This document shows, piece after piece, positions 35,297 through 47,109 of a DNA stretch of 64,000 bases. This DNA is from Anthoceros angustus (lineage: Eukaryota > Plantae > Anthocerotophyta): contig MU008157.1 of assembly GCA_010909165.1 (NCBI GenBank), positions 558,001 through 622,000 of the forward strand, read 5' to 3'. The first letter of the stretch is position 1. Every line of letters begins with the position of its first letter. The translations under genes were made by a program, and so were the position numbers. The notes below the pieces were generated by a model. It saw only the letters and a list, made by a program, of their open reading frames with translations. It was not told where the DNA came from and searched no databases.

Positions 35297-38038
35297 TGGT
35301 ATCAGAGCCCTGTGGCCTGATCGCCTGGTTCTGCTATGCATAGGCAGTTTGCTTCTTTGGTGTGTTTGTAAAAATTACCGGTTTTTCAAATGGCAATTGC
35401 ACAAACCCTAGCACACAAGGCAAGATGCCTCTGTGATCTGGGCAATCTTGGCCGATTTTGATAAGGGAAAAGGAAGACGCTTATTCGAGCCCCGACTTTG
35501 AGAAGCTATATTATAAGAAGGCAAGATCACAAATCGAAGACAGAGCCTTTCTTGGCGATTTCTTGACTCACAAGCATCCGCAAAGAACAACCGTGCATCA
35601 AGATTCGATCCCGGACCGATTATTCAACGCTCAACCAAGTTCTCAACATCGCAGAATCAACACGCCCGTAAGTTTTACAAAACATCTATTCTTAACTCAA
35701 TCGAATATCAAGAGCACTGCTCGAATACACATCTCGAATAGATTATGTTCTAATTAGCAGAGCAACTTGAAAGGCTGAGAATTTCGACCTCATGACGATG
35801 GCAAAGCAAGAGAGCGACATCGCGCCTCGTGAGCAAATTGCTCGCTGTCTCCGCACCAAACTAATTTGTTCTCGAGGTGCATCGTCGTGATCAACTAATC
35901 TCGACTCGTGGATCGCACTGCCAAGATAAGGACCGCCGACCCGAGTAATTTCGATGCCTGGAGCTTCAGGGTGCGCTGCATCCTTGAGGAGAAATTGCTA
36001 ATGGAAGTGGTTGATGGCACTGTTCCCAAGAAGGTGACTGGTCAGCCATCTGGAACGATGACACCCAATAGGGTAAATCAAGTACCCTGGACAAGAAAAG
36101 ATGAGCTTGAGTGGACATACAAAGACAAGAAGGCACGTACCATCTTGGTGGCCTCTGTCTCGCAGGAAATGATTCCTCATATAAAGTTGACGTAGTCTTC
36201 AAACGAGGTCGGTCGCTCGAAACCTGAGTCGAAGGATATGATAAGCGAAAATGCAACCACAATTTCGGACACGCCATTATGAGAGAAACTGATTCTGTTG
36301 AGAGTCATGTTGCTAAGTTTAGGGCTGCTAGAGCCAAACTAGCTTCTTGCGGAGTGATCACAGCTGAGTCTAGAGCAGCAGTACAATTATTGCTCTCTCT
36401 CCCACCAAGCTTTTGATTCGATTACTAGCATCCAAACATCGCAGCTTGTCACCCACCAACTACTCCTTCCTCATCCAATCTTCTCGAGGTCGTATACAGG
36501 TTTGAAGCAAGCGAAAGCATATGAAAGGAGGTAGTTCTTCTCGTCACACATAGGCGGTGACACCGCCTCTTCTCCGGGTAGAGGTAGAGGACGTGGCAGG
36601 GGGAGAGGTAGAGGCAGAGGGGGCTTTGGTAGAGGTAGAGGTCAGTTTCAGCCTGCTACCCCTGCTAGTTCACATCCCAATTCCAATTCCTCGTCTACCA
36701 CCAAATCAGGAAATTGTAACTACTGTGGCAAACCTGGCCATTGGATAAAAGACTGTCGTAAAAGAATTAGAGATGAAGGTGCTAAAGGCAAACATCCTGC
36801 TGAGGCTCACACTGCTCGAGCCTCCACTCCGATTTGCGTGCGCCTTACCTCATCTAGAAAGGACTGTCAGAGATGGTATCTGGACAGTGGAGCTTCGAAC
36901 CATATGTGTTCTAGGAGAAAGTCCTTCATTACATATGAAGCTTTTCCGACCTGTCACCAGACAGCTGTTGTGTTAGGTGACAACTCGACAATTCCAATTA
37001 AAGGAACAGGCACAATACAAGTTACCTTACAAGATGGTAGTTTTTTGCTTTTGGAGAATGCTTTACATGTTCCTGCAATTACCAAGAATCTTGTTAGTAC
37101 AATGGCACTTGGAAAAACGAACAAGTACAGAATCACATTCGAAGGAGTGGAGTGTACCATTTATACAGGCTGACAACACCTTCAGTCATCATTGCTCGTG
37201 GGAAACCACAGTTTGATCTGTATCTGCTGGATTTTGTCTCAGACTTGCCGTCGAACGAGTTTTCTGCACCTGCCACCAGTACGAATGTTATCAAGCAACC
37301 TTCAAATGCCTTTAAGTGGCATTGTAGACTTGGACACCCGAATATCAAAGCTATGAGGCGACTGTTGAAGGAGAAAATGGTAACAGGTTTTATTGAGAGT
37401 GAGTTACCTGATCTTGACCTCGTAGTTGCCTGTCCATGGGCCGCTTTAAGTCACACTTTGGCAAATGAATCCACGAAGCCGTAATCCGGGCTGGACTCCG
37501 GTTCATACCGATATTTGTGGACCAACGCCGCTTACTTCATGGGGAGGAGCTTGATTTCGTTGTATTTGAAGATGATGATCCCACTTCATCACACCGAGCT
37601 TGCCACAAGAGTGAGGTGTTCTCCTTTTAAGCGTTATCCGCATATGCACGACAAATGTGCTTTAAGCTTAAGTGCATACGTTCGGAAAATGGGAAGGAGT
37701 ACCTTTCCAATGCTTTTCAAGAGTCGCTGAGAAGGGATTACTGTGCGATTGACAATCCCGTATCATTCTGACATGAATGGGCATGCTGAACGACGGCTGG
37801 CTGTGACTATTCAAGATGCCGTAAGGTCACTTTATCAAGGAGGCTGCCAATACGCTCGCGTGGCCTGTAGCCACTTACTTGTAGAATAGGTCACCGCTTC
37901 TTCCCTTGCTGGTAGCACACCTTTGAAGGACAGAAGCAAACCCGATTTGTCACATCTTAGAGTCTTTGGCAGCACTGCATATGCACACATTCCTGATCAT
38001 CTACGTAATAAGTTTTCTTTTAAGTCTAAAAGACACAT

Positions 38039-41000
38039 TGTGGCGGGACTTTCGCTGATGATGGCAGGCGCGCACAATCCGTGTCGTTGTAGTATGGAGT
38101 CCGTTCCCAAGGAATGATAGGCTCGTTTACGTTCGGTGATTCCTACCGTCCTTAGCGCTCGTTCGGCCTCAACACACACATACTCCTAACTACTCACAGC
38201 GTTCCGTCTGGGCCGGTATGGCCAAGCGTTTGAGACCCGTTCGGCGTCCGTCGTTCATCCGTCCTCACGCATCGATCCTTCCTCTCTCCTCACGCTACAC
38301 TCTTCGGTCTTAGAAAAAGCGCGGGTTCTGATCCGGACCTCCTCCGTCGTTCCACGGGCCTCTCGTCCGGGCTCTACACGCCTCCCGAGTTCCTCCGGCT
38401 CACGTTCGGTCAGATTCGGTCGGACGCGGCTCGGGGCGATCACCGATCACCCTTCCCCGCACACACCACAGCGCGTTAAGTCCGTCACGGGACCTTGATC
38501 AATCTCCCGGGCGTGCACCTTTCGGTGACTCGGGACTCACGTTAGCAAGAAGACTCACAAAGGTCTCGCAAGAACGCGCATCAACACCAAGAGAAAGATG
38601 CTTTACTAGGCTCGGCCCTCTTATCTGCGCCCAAGGCGTCTTTATTACACCCCTATTACGGTGATAGCCCGGTATACCTAATCGCCACCTACCATCCTAT
38701 TTTCCCCTATCTCCTTCGCCGGTGAGTGGGAAGGTCACCCCGCCTCGGGAATGGGTGGTCAATCCCGTCACAGCGGTTGTGGCGCACCCAATCGGATGAT
38801 CCGTGAGGCGGGCCCCTCCTCTCCCGAATCTCGCTGTTGTATGGCGGTTCGACAACCGCCCTACACGACGTCATCCTCCTGGCCTCCCACAGGTCCTTGG
38901 CCGGTGGGGCCACCCGCTATCTGCTCCCCTAAGCGTAAGTCGAAGGGGCTCCTCCTTGATCCGGTCCTCGAGGTCTGTCTCGACTCACGAGTCCGGCTTC
39001 TGAGTCCGGCCCGGCTAGGTCCGACCTTGTCTGGGTCCGGACCTCGAGTCCGGACTTATTCAGTCCGGACTTGAGTCCGGCCTCCCTCAGGGGTCGGACA
39101 AAGTCGGACTCACGCCCACCCGGTTTCCTCCTCCGGACTCCTCCGTGGCTCTCCCCTCGAAGTCCTTCCGCTGTTCCCGATCGCCGGTGACTCCTTCGTT
39201 GGCCCCTCCTTCCATGGTGAGGTGCGGGTGCTTACCTCGATCGCATCCGCGCTCCCTCGTTCTCCTCCTGCTCCTCTCCGCCGCTCCGTCATCTCAAGCA
39301 GGGGCCACTAGGGTCCCTGTCTTTGTCCCCGTGGCCTTCATCTCCTTGAGCCTTCCGGTCCGTCCATTTTGCGGACGTCGAGGCTTCTCTTGCCGGGGCT
39401 CGGTGGTAATAGGCAAAGTCAGATCGACTTGTTGAATTGCCTCTTCCACGTGTGCGGGCACCGATACTCCCTCCGCCATAAGTGTTGGGCGTCTTTGCCC
39501 GGCTTGTTGGGCCACCTCTCTGCCCAGTTGTGGTGGGCGGTGTATCGCGAGGCTACAAGGCGGCCTCGGTCACCTCCTGCAGTGCCTGTTGCTCCACTGC
39601 TCCGGCTCCGTCGTTTCCTCTCCATTGCCACTTACCGCCATAGCGCCGTTCCCTTCCGCCTTTCTCACCGGACCAGCTTCTTTTACGCTTCCGGTGCTCG
39701 CGCTCCTCCGTTCATTACGGCCTTTAGCTCATGACTCCCTCTCCAGGCGGTCGGATACCTCCGTCCAGGCTCGGGACTTCCTCCGGCTCATACCCGGCGT
39801 CCAACTCCTTGGATAGTCGCCGATTTTCCTCCGTCTTGAGAGAGGCTGGCACTCTTTCGTGCTCGAGTCGTGGATTCTCGTTGAGAATCACTGCTTTCCG
39901 ACGCATCTTGGGTTGTAGCTCAGCGTGTCCTTGCTGCCTCCATCTGCGCCTCTCCTCTACTTCCTGCGGTGTACTCGGAGATCTCTATCTCCCGAGTCTT
40001 GGCCTCCATCTCCTCCTTGGCCTTGCACGCTCCATAGCCTTTGTCGGCCTTAGCCTCGGCTGCGACTCTCTCCACCGGTTGATCCGTCATGGTATCCGGT
40101 CGCTCTTCTTGCGGCTTGACTCCTTCGCCGCCTTACGCCTCGCCCACTTGGCGCTCTGGCCGGCCGCCTCCGCCAGTCCCGAGCTCTCTGCTTGTGCCGG
40201 GCCTCTTCCGCCTCTGCTGCGCTTCCCTTCGCTGCAAGGTCCTCCGCCCGCTTGGGCCTCTGAGCTTGCTTGTGACCGGTGAAGAACCTTAACCAGTCTG
40301 TGAACGGGCCTCGCTCCGCCACCGGACCTTGATCAATCTCCCGAGCTGCCCGGGCTGACTCAGACTCACGTTAGCAAGAAGACTCACAAAGGTCTCGCAA
40401 GAACGCGCATCAACACCAAGAGAAAGATGCTTTACTAGAGCAAATTTCCTCTCTTATATCGCCCAAGGCGGCGTCTTTATTACACCCCTATTTCGAAATG
40501 AGCAGCCCAGATACCCTAATCGCCACCTACCATCCTATTTTTCCCCTATCTCCTTCGCCGACTGTTGGAAGGTCCTGGCCTCGGATGGGTGGTCCAACTC
40601 GCCCCGACAGCTTGTGGCACCCAATCGGATGATCCGTGAGGCGGGCCCCTCCTCTCCCGAATCCTGTGTTATACCGGCTGGTCCGACAACCGCCCACGAC
40701 GCCATCCTCCTCGGCCTCGGGTCCTTCGCCGGTGGGGCCACCAATCTGCCTAGGTCGGCGGGGCTCCTCATCCGCACCGGCCTCGAGGTCTGCCTCGACT
40801 CGAACTCGTGAGTCCGGCTTATTTCCGGTCCCACGGCCAGGTCCGGACTCGGGTCCGGACTCGTGGTCCGACGACACGGGTCCGGACTTGAGTCCGGCCT
40901 CCGGTCCGGACAAAGTCCGACTCACGCCCACCCGGTTTCCTCCTCACGGACCTCCGTGGCTCTCCTCAAGTCCTCCTGCTCCCGATCGCCTCAAGTGACT

Positions 41001-44000
41001 GCTGGCCCCTCCTTCCATGGTGAGGTGCGGGTGCTTACCGCCGATCCGCCTCCCTCGTTTCCGCCTCCGCCTCCTCTCCGCCTCTCTATCTCAAACAGGC
41101 CACTAGGGTCCCTGTGGCGCCCCTGTGGCCTTCATCTCCTTCGAGCCTTCCTGTGGGTCCGTCTTCAGCGGCCGAGAGGCTTCATCGCCAGAGCGTGGTA
41201 ATAGGCAAAGTCCGAATCGACTTGTTGAATTGCTCTTCCACGGTGCCCGAGCGATACTCCCTCCGCCATAAGTGTTCCGGAGGCGTGGCCGGCTTGTTGG
41301 GCCACCTCCGCCAGATTTGACATGAGCTGGTCAGATCACGCGAGGCTACAAGGCGGCCTCGGTCACCTCCTGCACCGCCACTGTTCCACCCGCCCAGCCT
41401 CCCGCTGCTTCTCTCCATTGCCACCATTCCGCCATAGCGCAGCTGCTCCTTCCGCCTTTCTCACCGGACCAGCCTTTTCTTCGCCTCAGGCTCGGCCTCC
41501 GCTCATTCTCCTTAGCTCCGCCTCCTCTCCAAAGCGGACCTCCGTCCGACCGACTTCCTCCACCTTCAGCCCGGCAACGCCCAACCTCGATAGTCGCCGA
41601 TTTTCCTCCGCCTTCGACGGAGCCGAGGCACTCTATTTCGTGCTCGAGGTCGTGGATTCTCGCTGAGAATCACCGCCCGACGATCTTGGAGTTGTAGCCC
41701 AGGTGTCGCTGCCTCCATCCGCCGCCTCCTCTACTTCCCTCACTGCATTTCGAGATCTCCTATCTCCCGAGTCCGGCCTCCATCTCCTCCTTCCGGGCCG
41801 CCTTGCTCGCCCATAGTCGGCCTTTAGCCTCTCACGTCATACGACTTTCCACCGGCCCGATCACCCGTAGTGATCCCGGCCGCTTGCCGCGGCCACCTTC
41901 GCCGCTTTACCGGCCCACTTGGCGCCGCCTAGCCGCCTCCGCCAGTCCCGAGCTCTCTCGCCAGTGCCCGGCCTCTTCCGCCTCCCCGCCGGCTTCGCAA
42001 AGGTCCTCCGCCTCCTTGGGCCTCTGAGCTTGCTTTGCTCAGACCAAGAACCTTGGCCCGGCCGAACCGCCGGCCTCGGCTCCGCCACCCGGCTTCCTTC
42101 CTCGATCCGGCGAGGACTCCGCCTTTTCCTTTGCCCCTGGCCGCCTTCACTTGCTCTTGGGTTCCACCATCCTCCTCGGGTGGCCTCCACTTCGGGTCTT
42201 CTCCATGTACCACAGAGACCCCAAAGCATTCCATGGCGGTAGCAGGACTCGCCGTGTTTCTTCCACGGCCGCTGTGAGGCCCCCACAAAGTCCGTAGTGG
42301 GAGCCGGCATTTCTCGATCCGCCAAGGACCTCCATACCGATCGGGAGTAAGTCGGGGGTTCTCGGACCTAATCGGGACCCTCGGGTCACAGTGGTGGTCA
42401 GTCTCACCCTCTTGGCCCTCTTGGCCTCTAACTCCTTTGTGCCCTCTTTCTCACAGGGCTCGGAGGAGGTGAGGGGTCCGGAGCAAGCTCTTTTGCCCCT
42501 TCACAGGGGGCAGGACCCGGCTCGAGGTGGGGCTGCGTGACCTCCACTCCTTGGGCCACGTCCCTTCGCCTCCCACCGCCTCTTGACCTCTTGCCACTCC
42601 GTGGCGGGGGTAAATCGGCACCTTCCGAGGTCTTTGCGTTGGTAAGCGGCACCGTCTTCCGCCTCTTGGCTCCCGTTGAGTTCGTCGGGGCTCGGCGGCG
42701 TCGTGGTTGTTGGTGTTGTCAGCCGGTGCGGAGCCGCCAACGCCTCCCAGATCGCCTCCTCCTCTTTTGCTCGGAGGGCACCAAAAGGAGGAAGGGGAAT
42801 CGCCTCCCAAACTTCCACAGGTGGTGAGGGGTTCGCTCAGGCGTATGGAGTCAGGAATCCTCGATCGTCCTCCTCCCGAGTCGCTTGGTCTTGAAGGGCG
42901 ACCCCCACCTCAGGCGCCCTTGCACGCTCTACTTACAGCGGGGCCTCCGGCCGGGCGCCCGTTCAAGCTCTCCTCCTTGGGGCTCGAAATGTCCCCATAC
43001 ATGAATCGGTGTGGGGTGACCCCGATGGCGAGGCTTCTCGCTCCTTAGCTTGCGTGCCTCTGGTGCAGGCGAAGATAATCCTTCCCAGTCGCTCTCTTCC
43101 ATGGGCGCATGCGAGAATACCAGCGAGTTATCACCAAGGTGATCCACCTTGGTGGCGAGTTCAATGGACAATGATCCGGCTACCGCCTTACTCGGTATCC
43201 GGCGGATCGGATATCAACCATCCGTTGGTTGTCCTGCGTTCGAGCCTCGCCGCTTTACCGGCCCACTTGGCGCCGCCTAGCCGCCTCCGCCAGTCCCGAG
43301 CTCTCTCGCCAGTGCCCGGCCTCTTCCGCCTCCCCGCCGGCTTCGCAAAGGTCCTCCGCCTCCTTGGCCTCTGAGCTTGCTTTGCTCAGACACAAGAACC
43401 TTGGCCCGGCCGAACCGCCGGCCTCGGCTCCGCCACCCGGCTTCCTTCCTCGATCCGAGCGAGGGACTCCGCCTTTTCCTTTGCCCCTCGGGCCCACTTG
43501 CTCTTGGAGTTCCACCATCCTCCTCCGGTGGCCTCCACTTCGGGTCTTCCACTGCACACAGAGACCCCAAAGCATTCCGTCCATGACGGTAGCTGGACTC
43601 CGTGTTTCTTCCACGGCCACCGCTTGTGAGGCCCCCACAAAGTCCGTAGTGGGAGCCGGCATTTCGGTCCGCCAAGGACCTCCATACCGCAGTCCGGAGT
43701 AAGTCCGGACTGGGTTCTCCGGACCTAATCAGGACCCTCAGGTCCTGAGTGGTGAGGTCCGGAGTCTCACCCTCTTTGGCCCTCTTGGCCTCTAACTCCT
43801 TTTGTGCCCTCTTTCTCCGGGGCTTGAGGAGGTGAGGGGTCCGGAGCAAGCTCTTTTGCCCCTTCCGCCGGGACAGACTGCCTGGTGGGCCGCTGACCTC
43901 CGCCTCCTTGGGCCACGCCCCTTCGCCTCCCACCGCCTCTTCACTCTACACCTGCAAGGGGTGGCACTGCACCTTCCGAGGTGCCGCGCAGGCGGCACCG

Positions 44001-47000
44001 CCTTCCGCCTCCTCCTCCCGAGTTCGCCGGGCTCAGCACCGTGGTTGTTGGTCTTGCCCGCCGTGCCGGAGCCGCCAACGCCTCCCAGATCGCCTCCTCC
44101 CGGGCCTGAGGGGCACCAAAAGGAGGGAAGGGGAATCTCCCAAACTTCCCCGGTGGTGAGGGGTTCGCCCACGATGGAGTCCGGAATCCTCCCGCCTCCT
44201 CCCGAGTCCGCTTGGTCTCAAGGACGACCCCCACCTCGGGCGCCCTTGCACGCCTACTGTGGCCAGCCTTCCGAGCGCCTGCTCTCCTCCTTCAGAGCTC
44301 GAAATGTCCCCATACATGAATCGTATGGGGTCACCGATGGCGAGGGCTTCGCCCTTAGCTTATGTCCCGATCAACCGGGAAGATAATCCTTCCTCCCGCC
44401 TCTTCCTACCGGAGCGCATGTGAATACTACAGTTATCACCAAGGTGATCCACCTTGGTGAGCAGTGTTCCAATGGACAATGATCCGGCTACCGCCTTACT
44501 CGACCGCCCAGGATCGGATATCAACCATCCGTTGGTTGTCCGCCGCTGCCTGTGCCTCAAGATCGCCGTGGCCGGCCCTATCTTCCCTTCGCCTTAAGGG
44601 GCTCGGCACCACGCCCCTTCTTCCTCCTTGGGCGGTTGTAGGCCATCCTCGGGACCTCAAGGTCCATCGCCTCGGGTCCTCCGGAGGTTCTTGGATCGGA
44701 CCTCCTTGTTGATCGCCGCATCTTCGGGCAAACTCCGGACTAGTGTATTGTCAAAGGTCCGACCATTTGGAACACGTCCGGATGCCACTCCTGCACCAAT
44801 TCCCACTTTCCGGCCGGGCCGAAGTCCGGATAGCGCGGGTCACAATGTTGCGCTCCACGGTCCATGGCTCCCAGACTCCGGCTTTTGGGTGCCATTGCTT
44901 TCTCCTCCTCTTGTTCTTGTAGGCTGGCGCGGCGAGTCCGCGCGATGTTCCTCCTTCGCGCGTTGCTGCTCCAACCTTGACGGTGAGCGCTCTGGTGGCG
45001 CCCAAAAGATAGCGCCAGAGAGCCGGATTGCGGGCGCAAGGGCTGAGGATTATGCGGAGGCTGCGCGGAAAATGACCTCCCTCCTTGGCGCTTGTGGAAG
45101 TAGCTGGGCGGAAGGCGCCTCTTCGTTGTCCGTGAATCGCTGTGGGTCCGCATGGCTTACTCGACCCTACGCTTCCCGCGCCTTACGCGCGCGCGCGCGC
45201 GGGCGTGAATACCGCTATAACGGCCTGCAGCAGGTTACGGTCTGACCTCTGCATGCCCGACCTCCACTCGGGGCCGTCCGTGGCGCCGCCTCGTCTCACG
45301 CCTCGCTCCTAGGTTACTTTCCTGGCGTACTTATCCTATTTTGACTGGAGTGGGTTCGGACTTATCCGTTACTCGGCGTAGTCGGAGCTTGCCATAGTGG
45401 TAGGGGTCCGGAGCAAGCTCTTTTGCCCCTTCCCGCTGGGATGACTGCCGGTGGGCCGCTGACCTCCGCCTCCTTGGGCCACGTCCCTTCTCGCCTCCCA
45501 CCGCCTCTTCACTCTACACCTGCAAGGGGTGGCACTGCACCTTCCGAGGTGCCGCGCAGGCGGCACCGCCTTCCGCCTCCTCCCGAGTTCGCCGGGCTCA
45601 GCACCGTGGTTGTTGGTCTTGCCCGCCGTGCCGGAGCCGCCAACGCCTCCCAGATCGCCTCCTCCCGGGCCTGAGGGGCACCAAAAGGAGGGAAGGGGAA
45701 TCTCCCAAACTTCCCCGGTGGTGAGGGGTTCGCCCACGATGGAGTCCGGAATCCTCCCGCCTCCTCCCGAGTCCGCTTGGTCTCAAGGACGACCCCCACC
45801 TCAGGCGCCCTTGCACGCCTACTGTGGCCAGCCTTCCGAGCGCCTGCTCTCCTCCTTCAGAGCTCGAAATGTCCCCATACATGAATCGTATGGGGTCACC
45901 GATGGCGAGGGCTTCGCCCTTAGCTTATGTCCCGATCAACCGGGAAGATAATCCTTCCTCCGCCTCTTCCTACCGGAGCGCATGTGAATACTACAGTTAT
46001 CACCAAGGTGATCCACCTTGGTGAGCAGTGTTCCAATGGACAATGATCCGGCTACCGCCTTACTCGACCGCCCAGGATCGGATATCAACCATCCGTTGGT
46101 TGTCCGCCGCTGCCTGTGCCTCAAGATCGCCGTGGCCGGCCCTATCTTCCCTTCGCCTTAAGGGGCCTGCACCACGCCCCTTCTTCCTCCTTCTAAGGCT
46201 AGGCCATCCTCGGGACCTCCAAGGTCCATCGCCTGGTCCTCCGGAGGTTCTTGGATCGGACCTCCTTGTTGATCGCCAAGATCTTCCGCAAACTCCCTGA
46301 CTAGAGTGACGCCAAAGGTCCGCCATTTGGAACACGCCCAGATGCCACTCGCACCACGCCCCTTCTTCCTCCTCCGGCCCAAGTCCGGATAGCGCGGGTC
46401 ACAATGTTGCGCCCACGAGGGTCCATGGCTGACTCCGGCTTTTGGGTGCCATTGCTTCTCCTCCTTGTCAGCCGGCCGAGTCCGCCGGCACGATGTTCCT
46501 CCTTCGCTGTCACGCTCCAACCTTGACGGTGCGCCGCTTAAGCCGACGGCGCCAAAAGATAGCGCCAGAGAGCCGGATTATGGAGCGCAAGGGACGTGAG
46601 GATTGTCTGAGGTCACAAATAAAATGACCTCCTCCTGGCCGCCAGGTACCGGGCGGAAGGCGCCTGTCCGTGAATGTGGCCGCATGGCTTACTCGACCCT
46701 ACGCTCTTCCGCCTTACGCCGCGCAGCCGCGGGCGTGAATACCGCTATAACGGCCTCGCAAGGTTACGGCCCCCCATCGCATGCCCGACCTCCACTGTGG
46801 CCGCCCACGTGGCGCCGCCTGCCTGCCCTCACGCCCGCCTCCTAGGTTTCCGCGCATTTATCCTTGACTGGAGTGGGTTCCGGACTTATCCGTTACTCCG
46901 GCGTAGTCCGAGCCATAGTGGTACCGGGTCCGTTGTTCACTCAGTCGGAGTATACTCCGAGCCTCGTCAAGCGCTACCCCAATTTATTCCTCCTTTTCCG

Positions 47001-47072
47001 CCTTATTTATCCTTCAATCCTAAAAAGCGAAACCCTACTTATTTCTTAACTCCCTGAAGTGCATAGCCCACA
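38039..47072 (-). repeat. 3' LTR region of the gypsy element (non-redundant length estimated ~4.5 kb, inflated by duplications)
   Basis: Minus strand starts TGTGG at 47072 right after GATGAGAAGGGAGTA (PPT) and ends CCACA at 38039. The same blocks recur to the right of the PBS at 56380-64000. Confidence 0.75.
39110..46452 (-). pseudogene. Frameshifted long ORF of unknown function within the gypsy LTR (Glu/Arg/Lys/Ala-rich)
   Basis: Recurrent peptide blocks MAPKSRS, DNQRMVDIRS, TKVDHLGDN, EEAIWEALAAP, WQEVKRRWEAK, MPAPTTDFVGAS, EENRRLSKELG, QHLWRREYR and EEAIQQVD appear in the same order in several copies. Confidence 0.55.
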
Positions 47073-47087
47073 TACTCCCTTCTCATC
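47073..47087 (-). promoter_or_regulatory. Polypurine tract of the gypsy element
   Basis: GATGAGAAGGGAGTA immediately before TGTGG, about 40 nt after the end of integrase. Confidence 0.75.
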
Positions 47088-47109
47088 ATTGGCGTCTCGC
47101 CAACACTAA

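Larger units (their letters stand above)
32930..38038 (+). mobile_element. Ty1/copia element 2 (5' part with internal duplications), truncated in integrase by the gypsy insertion
   Basis: TG...CA LTR plus PBS TGGTATCAGAGC, gag (NFDAWSFRVRCILEEK), zinc knuckle CNYCGKPGHWIKDC, PR WYLDSGASNHM, KWHCRLGHPN, IN VHTDIC and RVFGSTAYAHIPD ending at 38038. Confidence 0.9.
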
